Positions 1 to 6,118 of a stretch of 6,118 nucleotides of DNA are shown here, one piece after another. Made by a program: the position numbers and the translations under genes. Under the pieces are notes generated by a model. The model was not told where the DNA came from and made no database searches. It was given only the letters and a program-made list of their open reading frames with translations. Positions within the stretch are counted from its first letter, which is position 1. Every line of letters starts with the position of its first letter. Origin of the DNA: Octopus sinensis (lineage: Eukaryota); NCBI RefSeq assembly GCF_006345805.1, contig NW_021829845.1, positions 1 through 6,118 of the forward strand. Reading direction: 5' to 3'.

Positions 1-923
1 TGAAATATGCAGATAACATCAAGCTGTACCTCGAAATAAAGAGGACAGATAACTATAGATCATTATTGCAATCAGACTTGGACACAGTGCAGCAGTGGAT
101 CATGGACTGGCAACTCAAGCTGGCTGTGGACAAATGTACCACCATGCATTTTGGGAGGAAAAACCCAGCGTCTACTTACTCCCTCCACAACACTAATCTC
201 AAAAATTTTTCTTGTCGACAGCGATTTGCGTTGGACAAAACACATTGCTAAAATTGCCAAGAAGGCTGAGGGTGTCTTCGCATCACTTACCAAATCCTTT
301 GTGAGCCGCTCTCCGGCTATCTTTCTGAAGCTTTATATAGCTATGGTGCGACTTCACCTGGAATTTGCATCTCCGGTCTGGAACCCCTATCTTTCCCAGG
401 ATATTACTCGTCTGCGACGTGCAGCCAAGAGAATACCTCCATCAGGCATTTGCCATATTCTGAACGCCTTACTTCCCTGGGCATGGACACATTGAAACTC
501 CGACGTCTGGCAGCTGACTTGGCAGACACCCATAAAATTATTAACCATCTTACAAACAATAACTCTAAGTACCTTTTCAAACACCACCTGTCTAACACCC
601 GTGGACATGTTTACAGTCAGAAAACAGCACAGCTCCATGACTTTCGGAAACATTTTTTCACGCTAAGAGTTGCTGAAGTATGGAACAAACTGCCAGCATC
701 AGTTGTTAGTTGTTGGAGCACTGCATCCTTCAAAACTTCCATGCTTCCTGAGATTCGCCAACACTACACCTGATTTTCCCCCCTCCATACACATGCAAGA
801 ATGTATCTGACTCATACATTGTTCACTCTCCAGACATTTGTACATTACTGCATGTACTTTATACACACTTTTGACAAGTTGTGGTGCACATGAGCAGTGT
901 ATACAATAATTTCATTATTATTA
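1..923 (+). mobile_element. 3' fragment of a decayed CR1-group (CR1/L2-like) non-LTR retrotransposon: RT C-terminus, 3' UTR, short-repeat tail
   Basis: Three frame segments join into KYADNIKLY...LQSDLDTVQQWIMDWQLKLAVDKC...VDSDLRWTKHI...VRLHLEFASPVWNPY...YSERLTSLGMDTLKLRRL..DL..THKI...TRGH...FTLRVAEVWNKLP..VV...SFK. These are the typical RT and post-RT motifs of CR1/L2-group ORF2. Stop TGA is at 771-773. About 130 nt of 3' UTR follows and ends in aataatttcattattatta (905-923). The element runs off the left edge of the window. Confidence 0.9.
3..773 (+). pseudogene. Reverse transcriptase (ORF2) C-terminal remnant, frameshifted
   Basis: Frame 3 is open from 3 to about 205, frame 1 from about 211 to 438, and frame 3 again from about 440 to 773. 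The catalytic motif reads YADN (tat gca gat aac, 6-17). The expected DLGV segment near 201-211 and the ERVQ-like segment before RRA near 415 appear deleted (inferred from family motifs). Confidence 0.88.
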
Positions 924-1373
924 ATCACTCCCCTCTTTCTCTCTCCAACAGCACTCCCTTCTTACCATTTTCTTACCATTTTCCCTCTGATAACATTTCT
1001 CATTTTTGTTACCGACTCTTCAATTTCGCCGCATTTTTTCCATATACTATGAGGCTTCTTAAGTTTCTCCCTGTACGTATCTTTCTTTGATATCCTTTAC
1101 CACTCTCTTTGTCCGTCATAAATGTCTCTGTCTCTTATTCTCTGACTCTTTCGTTTCCTTGCTTCTTTCGTACTCCTTCTTACTTGCTAGTTGAAGCCGA
1201 TGGTTGGTGCGTTCGCATTTCACTTGATTTTTCATTTGGTTTTCCATTTTTTCTCTTTTCTTTCTTATACCCCTCTTCGTTTGTCTTTTTTTTTTCTCCT
1301 TGTGGCTTTTTGGTAGTGAATCTAAGTTCTTTTTACTTTCACCACCGTAAATGACTCCTCCATTTTCCCCTCC

Positions 1374-2399
1374 TCAACGGCAGTACTCTCTTCTTTTCCT
1401 GTTATTTCCTCCTCGTGATTCTGGGGGACACTTGGCCTTCATGTGTCCCCTTACTCCACACAAAAAACATATTGGAGGTCTACCCTCCACAACAATCCTC
1501 AGTCTAGTCTTATGCAGAAAAACCAGCTCTTCCACAATCTTATGGAGGTCTTGCAGACTTATATGGACTGTCACCTCTAGCCCATATCCCTACTAGTTCA
1601 CCTCCGTAGTTTTGGACATTTTCAAAATGTCTGCATCTTCCTCTCTATGGTAGAGTATGGCTGCCACCAGCCATGCCTCGTCAATTTCAGGGGGCACACT
1701 ACCTATCCTTACTCTGACCGCACGTTTTCCACAGTATGTAGGCAGTAGTGCCCACTCAGCTGATCTCAAGGCCACAGTGGAGAATTTCTTTGCTTCATTT
1801 TCGTTTACAAAGCGCATCTCCACCGTGCTGAATTTCCGTCCTCTGGTATAAGACGTGATAAATTCCTTCACCTCTCTCAAGCATGCCTCAACTGCTTCCG
1901 TCGCGAGCTGGCAGAATCGTTAGCGCGCCGGGCGAAATGCTTAGCGGTATTTCGTCTACCTTTACGTTCTGAGTTCAAATTCCGCCGAGGTCGACTTTGC
2001 CTTTCATCCTTTCGGGGTCGATAAATAAAGTACCAGTTTCGCACTGGGGTCTATGTAATCAACTTAATCCCTTTGTCTGTCCTTGTTTGTCCCCTCTGTG
2101 TTTCGCCCCTTGTGGGTAGTAAAATATTATATTTCTACTTTCTTCGTTGCTATTGTTAACGTTCTGTAGATAATAGTTTTTTTATCGGTATTCTCTATGA
2201 CTATCTTGAGAGGCGTCAACCTAAGACAGTCTCCCTCCTTTTTCAACAAGTCGTTATGCTTCTTGAAAGTCTTGTCCTTAATTTCTGTTTCACGGACTTG
2301 CAGTAGCTCCGCTGGCAGGCATTTGCCAGTCACTGCTGTATAACTGTCCGCTTGCACTAGTCTATTATTCATCACTTCGCCCATAAATGGGGAAGACAA
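1374..2399 (-). pseudogene. LINE ORF1 (gag-like nucleic-acid-binding protein with RRM-like region and CCHC zinc knuckle), disrupted
   Basis: N-terminal SYTAVT motif (2328-2345), a VRIGSVPP motif, and IVVEGRPPI followed by CFLCGVRGHMKAKC (CX2CX4HX4C, 1428-1469). This arrangement is typical of L1/Tx1 ORF1. It is disrupted by the SINE, by tandem TAG TAG (1590-1595) and by TGA (1374-1376). A degraded charged C-terminus probably continues below 1374. Confidence 0.78.
1903..2125 (+). mobile_element. tRNA-derived SINE, family A (octopus-type), near full length
   Basis: A-box-like tggcagaatcgtt (1909-1921), B-box gttcaaattc (1973-1982), and a GC-rich body with ctttcatcctttcggggtcgataaataaagtaccag. 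It sits between two same-frame halves of ORF1. The family was recognised from memory and no family name is assigned. Confidence 0.85.
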
Positions 2400-2647
2400 A
2401 TAAAAATTCCAATAAATTCAACAATAACAATGCAACAATTCCGGAATTAACGAGCTTACAATAACAGGTTGACAATTACAGTACTCACATTTCAGCTCAC
2501 TCGAATACAACGACAACGATCGGTTTTACTCTGCTCTCAAGGCTCTCTGTGTATGTCCATTTACATTGTAGCACAGTCCATTAGGAGCCAACCCATAGGG
2601 GTGTTCTACTTCCACAGAACACATATGCTCTGACAATCTCCAAAAAC

Positions 2648-2801
2648 AGGTGCAAGCGTGGTTGTGTTGTAAGAAGCTTGCTTCCCAAAAACATGGTTCT
2701 GCTTTCAGTGCCTTGGTGTGGCACCTTGGGAAAGTGTCTTTTACTATCGCCTCGGGATGACCAAAGCCTTGTAAGTGCATATGGTAGCCGGAAACTGAAA
2801 G
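2648..2801 (+). mobile_element. tRNA-derived SINE, family B, 5' head, diverged
   Basis: Aligns by eye with 4032-4142, 4208-4333 and the reverse complement of about 5070-5221 (ggcaccttgggaaagtgtc...gaccaaagccttgt...ggaaactgaaag). It is followed by a TA repeat like the other heads. Confidence 0.85.
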
Positions 2802-2802
2802 G

Positions 2803-2851
2803 ATATATATATATTATATATATAATAATAATTTAATTTAATTTAATTTAA
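2803..2851. repeat. (TA)n followed by (TAA)/(ATTTA)n simple repeats
   Basis: atatatatatattatatatataataataatttaatttaatttaattta. Confidence 0.9.
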
Positions 2852-3126
2852 TCGATTACGTAAAAATGTTGAAACCATGCATGGTACAAATTGAAGGGGA
2901 TAAATGTTTTTTTTTCTCCTTTAGTTTCAGAATTACTACTATTTTGAGGTTTGAGTTTAGCTGCTCTTTTCAGTGATTGAACGGCCTGTCAGGGTCATTC
3001 CTTAATATTATGTTGAATATATTATATAGTCTGTGACTATTTCTACTTTCTCACTTGACCGCTGGTTGTAGAAAATTTTTCTTGAATTTTCTTGAATTTT
3101 TTTGCTACCCTATATTGTTATTAATG

Positions 3127-3187
3127 ATATATATATATATAATATATATATATATATTATTATATATATTATATTATATATATTATC

Positions 3188-3269
<82 letters not shown>

Positions 3270-3284
3270 TATATATATGTATAT
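3127..3284. repeat. Interrupted (TA)n microsatellite
   Basis: About 160 nt of nearly pure TA dinucleotide. Confidence 0.97.
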
Positions 3285-3287
3285 TTA

Positions 3288-3505
3288 GTGTGTGCATGTC
3301 TTCGTCTCTGTCTTTGTCACCCCATCACTCCTTGACGACCAGTGTTAATATTTTAATTCTCCGTAACTTAGCGGGTCGGCAAAAGAACTCGACAGAATAA
3401 GTATTAGGCTTTAAAAATAAGTTCTGGGATCGAATTGTTCGAGTAAAAAGCTTCAAGACAGTGCTCCTTATGGCCGCAGCCAAATGACTGAAACAAATAA
3501 AATAA
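3288..3505 (+). mobile_element. SINE family B, 3' module (long variant)
   Basis: tttgtcacccc...ccgtaacttagcgggtcggcaaaag...gaataagtattaggct...tggccgcagccaaatgactgaaacaaataaaa. Matches 4350-4567 and the reverse complements of 4792-4990 and 5237-5490. Confidence 0.87.
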
Positions 3506-3785
3506 TCTGACAAAGTTTTTAAATATTTATAGGTTCTGATCTTTGATATTCTCAGGAAGCCGTCGTATTGCATAAATCTGCGATAATATTGTTCTTTCTA
3601 GACGATAATATTATTTATTGATTCTTAGTAATGTTTCTATATGTCACGTATTCTAAAGAGCTACATTTTGTCGCAATAACGGATAACTCCACTTAATTCT
3701 AATCTATTGTCTAGAATTTATTTTCTCTGTGATTCTTAATAAATTGCTCTTTTGATATCAGTCCAGCATTTAGATCCTAAAAGAC

Positions 3786-3803
3786 AAAAAAAAAAAAAAA
3801 AAA
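3786..3803. repeat. A18 homopolymer (T18 on the minus strand)
   Basis: Seen directly. Confidence 0.95.
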
Positions 3804-4031
3804 GCAATAGTTTCAAAGAATCAGTAATCTCTTTGACACGGCGGTATTCAAATTTATCCAGACTCAAGAATTTTGTCGTGGTTGTTAATTATGTGTTCTT
3901 CCATAACGAAGACTGCAAAAATGAGCCAAGTTCTATATTGGTTCTCTACCTTAGGAAAAAAAATGAAACAAACGCTTCCTGTTTCCATCAAAATCACACT
4001 ATAAGGCCATAAAAAACCGTCCTAGATTATA

Positions 4032-4142
4032 AGCGCATGAGTGGCTGTGTGACACTTTGGGCAAGTATCTTCTACCATAGTCTCGGGACGACCAAAGCCT
4101 TGTGAGTGGATTTGGCAGACGGAAACTGAAAGAAGCCCATCG
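4032..4142 (+). mobile_element. SINE family B head with an internal deletion
   Basis: gtggctgtgtg is joined directly to acactttgggcaagtatcttctaccatag...gaccaaagccttgtgagtggatttggcagacggaaactgaaagaagcccatcg. Confidence 0.87.
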
Positions 4143-4163
4143 TATATATATATAATATATATA

Positions 4164-4205
<42 letters not shown>

Positions 4206-4220
4206 TGTGTGGTTGTGTGT
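4143..4220. repeat. (TA)n(TG)n compound microsatellite
   Basis: Seen directly. Its end merges with the TG-rich start of the next SINE head. Confidence 0.95.
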
Positions 4221-4567
4221 TGGTGAGTAGCTTACTTACAACCACATGCTTCCGGATTCAGTCCCACTGCGTGGCACCTTGGGCTACTGTCTTCTAATAT
4301 AGCCTCGAGCCGAAAAAAGCCTTATGGGTAGATTTATATTTATATATGTATTTGTTTGTGTGTTTGTGTTTGTCCCCCACTCACTATCGCTTGACAACCG
4401 ATGTTGAGATCATTCCGACCCCGTAACTACTTCGCAGTTCGGCAAAAATAAGCCGATAGAATAAGTACTAGGCTTAAAAAAGAATAGGCCCTGGAGTCGA
4501 TTTGTTCGACTAAAGGCGGTGCTGTAGCATGGCCGCAGTCGAATGACTGAAACAAGTTAAAGAGTAA
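4208..4567 (+). mobile_element. SINE family B, head plus short simple-repeat linker plus 3' module (short variant)
   Basis: B-box-like ggattcagtccc (about 4254-4264), ggcaccttggg core and 3' module ending ggccgcagtcgaatgactgaaacaagttaaagagtaaa. Confidence 0.88.
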
Positions 4568-4791
4568 ATTACTTCTCTATGAGAAAGAGGGGATGACTAC
4601 GGCTGGAACGCTCTCGGTTAGGGTGAAGAAGTATCAACAGCAAAAGAATTTCTCACATGATTACCCGAAGGTGTCTTCTCGCGTTAGTCATACTAAAACC
4701 AAACCAAGCTCATACTTCGTAGATTTCTCTATTTAGAATACTCTACATTCTGTATTGAAATCCATCCACATACGTAATGAAGACAATTTAT

Positions 4792-5221
4792 TTATTCTTT
4801 TAATCTTTTACACGTTTCGTCATTTGACAGCGGCTATGCTGGAGCACCGACTTGGAGTATTTAAAATCGACCACAGCGTAGCACTTATTGCATCTACCTC
4901 TTTTGCTGAACTAAACCTCTAGCTAAAGGGGTCGTAAACTTACCATCGTTGGTGTCAAGCGATGGTGGGCAGACAAACACTGAGACATGTATATATGCAT
5001 ATATATATATTATTATATATATATTTATATTATATATATATATATCTTTATATATATCTTTATATAGGTACACGTCGGGATTCTTTCAATTTCCGTCCAC
5101 CAAATCCACTCACTTAGCTTTGGTCGGCCGGTTGGTCGGCCGGAAGCTATGATAGAAGACACTTGTCAAAGGTTCCACGCAGTTGGACTGAACCCGGAAC
5201 CATGTACCACATCATCACGCC
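4792..5221 (-). mobile_element. SINE family B, near full length, inverted; internal (TA)n at about 4989-5067
   Basis: The reverse complement reads acatggttccgggttcagtccaactgcgtggaacctttgacaagtgtcttc...gagtggatttggtggacggaaattgaaagaatcccgacg, then (TA)n, then gtgtttgtctgcccaccatcgcttgacacc...ggtgctccagcatagccgctgtcaaatgacgaaacg. Confidence 0.88.
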
Positions 5222-5236
5222 TATTTATTTACATAT

Positions 5237-5490
5237 CTTTCCTTTTTATCTTTTAGTTATTTCAGTCATTAGACTGTGGCCATTCTGGGGCACTACCTTC
5301 AAGGGTTTTAGTTGAACAAATCAATCCCAGGCCTTTTTTTAAAGCTTCGTACTTATTCTATCGGCCTATTTTTTTTTTTTATCGAACACTAAGTTAGAAG
5401 GACGTAATCACACAAATGCCCGTTGTTTAAAGGCGGTGGGTGACAAACACAGACATAAAAACATAAAGACACACTCACTTAGATATACAC
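5237..5490 (-). mobile_element. SINE family B, 3' module (long variant), inverted
   Basis: The plus strand reads tttcagtcattagactgtggccattctggggcactaccttcaagggttttagttgaacaaatc...gtacttattctatcgg...gggtgacaaacacagac, the reverse complement of the 3' module. Confidence 0.85.
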
Positions 5491-5651
5491 AGGGAAGCCA
5501 CCTTTAGACTTTTCGAAAAAGGCAATCACATTACCATGACTTCAACCGCTGCTCTAACAGGAATATTGGTGGCATACCAATTTGAATGCTAAGAACATAA
5601 ACCTATTAGTTTGAGTCATCCTGACGAAAATTCATATTCTTGGATATGTAA

Positions 5652-5714
5652 ATATATATTTATATGTGTGTGTATATGTGTGTGTGTATGTGTGTGTGTG
5701 TGTGTGTGTATATA
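5652..5714. repeat. (TA)n(TG)n microsatellite
   Basis: Seen directly. Confidence 0.93.
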
Positions 5715-5982
5715 ATTAAGTATATATGAGTTAGAGGTTAGACAACCATCTAAGGGATAATAAATATCCAATTTACTATTAGATTATACCTATATATTTA
5801 TATCCAAATGCTAACTGTTGCAAGGCAATAGTGCAATTGAATAATAAGTATGTGTGGAGGTAAACAAAAGTTTATCCAGAATTTATAAGGCAAGGAAGAA
5901 AATGCAGAAGATATTCAATTGACAAACATCAGCAAGATCTATTTATTATAATCATGGAATAATTAAAAAATAAATGAATACA

Positions 5983-6052
5983 ATATATATCACAAACACA
6001 CGCACGCACGCACGCACAAACACACACCCACACACACACACACACAACACAC

Positions 6053-6087
<35 letters not shown>

Positions 6088-6118
6088 TAGAGAGATAGAT
6101 AGATAGATTGATAGATAG
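5983..6118. repeat. Compound microsatellite (CA)n(CGCA)n(CA)n(TA)n(GA)n(GATA)n
   Basis: Seen directly. It runs off the right edge of the window. Confidence 0.97.

Larger units (their letters stand above)
924..2530 (-). mobile_element. 5' portion of an L1/Tx1-like non-LTR retrotransposon (putative 5' UTR plus ORF1; no ORF2 in window), interrupted by a SINE
   Basis: Minus-strand ORF pieces 2127-2399, 1593-1880 and 1374-1574 all lie in one frame and read as a gag-like ORF1. A purine-rich, Lys/Glu/Arg-coding stretch continues to about 924. Both outer boundaries are approximate. Confidence 0.7.

Noticed and set aside
72-653. Minus-strand ORFs 72-293, 387-653 and 404-598
   Set aside because: They are antisense shadows of the RT remnant and have no motifs of their own.
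881-1851. Plus-strand ORFs 881-1090, 1109-1354, 1351-1596 and 1657-1851, some looking like membrane proteins (Phe/Leu/Ser-rich)
   Set aside because: They are the pyrimidine-rich antisense of the Lys/Glu-rich ORF1 strand, so the hydrophobicity is a composition artefact.
1903-1990. Possible tRNA gene (A and B boxes)
   Set aside because: I could not fold a cloverleaf, and it continues into a SINE body, so it is a tRNA-derived head.
2526-2780. 84-aa minus ORF
   Set aside because: More than half is antisense SINE head, and no recognisable domain is present.
2874-2885. Perfect palindrome accatgcatggt
   Set aside because: About one 12-bp palindrome is expected by chance in 6 kb.
3102-3335. Ile/Tyr-repeat ORF, and the similar ORF at 4949-5152
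   Set aside because: These are translations of (TA)n microsatellites.
3556-3568. gaagccgtcgtat, resembling the end of the family B head
   Set aside because: The match is only 13 nt and the flanks do not align.
3325-4012. ORFs 3325-3573 (-) and 3752-4012 (+)
   Set aside because: The first is mostly antisense SINE module. The second has a non-ATG start, a poly-Lys run from the A18 tract and no motif.
4618-4623. TTAGGG telomeric hexamer
   Set aside because: It is a single unit, not an array.
2648-5490. Recurring repeats as a CRISPR-like or regular array
   Set aside because: The units are long, diverged, irregularly spaced and in both orientations, which is typical of dispersed SINEs in a eukaryotic genome.
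5889-5951. Plus-strand stretch reading GKEENAEDIQLTNISKIYLL-stop
   Set aside because: It is short, has no start codon or convincing polypyrimidine acceptor, and shows no recognisable motif.

Overview
A gene-poor, repeat-dense eukaryotic region. I recognise the SINE families and the TA/TG/CA microsatellite load from memory as octopus-like; this is not verified. No intact protein-coding gene, rRNA, tRNA gene or CRISPR array is supported. Contents in order: (1) a decayed 3' end of a CR1-group LINE on + (RT C-terminus with YADD read as YADN, frameshifts, 3' UTR, ATT tail), 1-923; (2) the 5' end of an L1/Tx1-like LINE on - (putative 5' UTR plus a gag-like ORF1 with a CCHC knuckle), about 924-2530, split by (3) a tRNA-derived SINE on + at about 1903-2125; (4) several pieces of a second, bipartite tRNA-derived SINE family (head, internal microsatellite, 3' module) in both orientations, 2648-5490, including an inverted pair about 225 bp apart; (5) microsatellites and short unique AT-rich spacers. 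Best leads: the ORF1 that can be rebuilt around the SINE, a module with a hairpin shared by the two SINE families, the inverted SINE pair as a possible dsRNA/ADAR substrate, and two speculative minus-strand exons that join into an EF-hand-like peptide. I do not see a convincing novel biological system.
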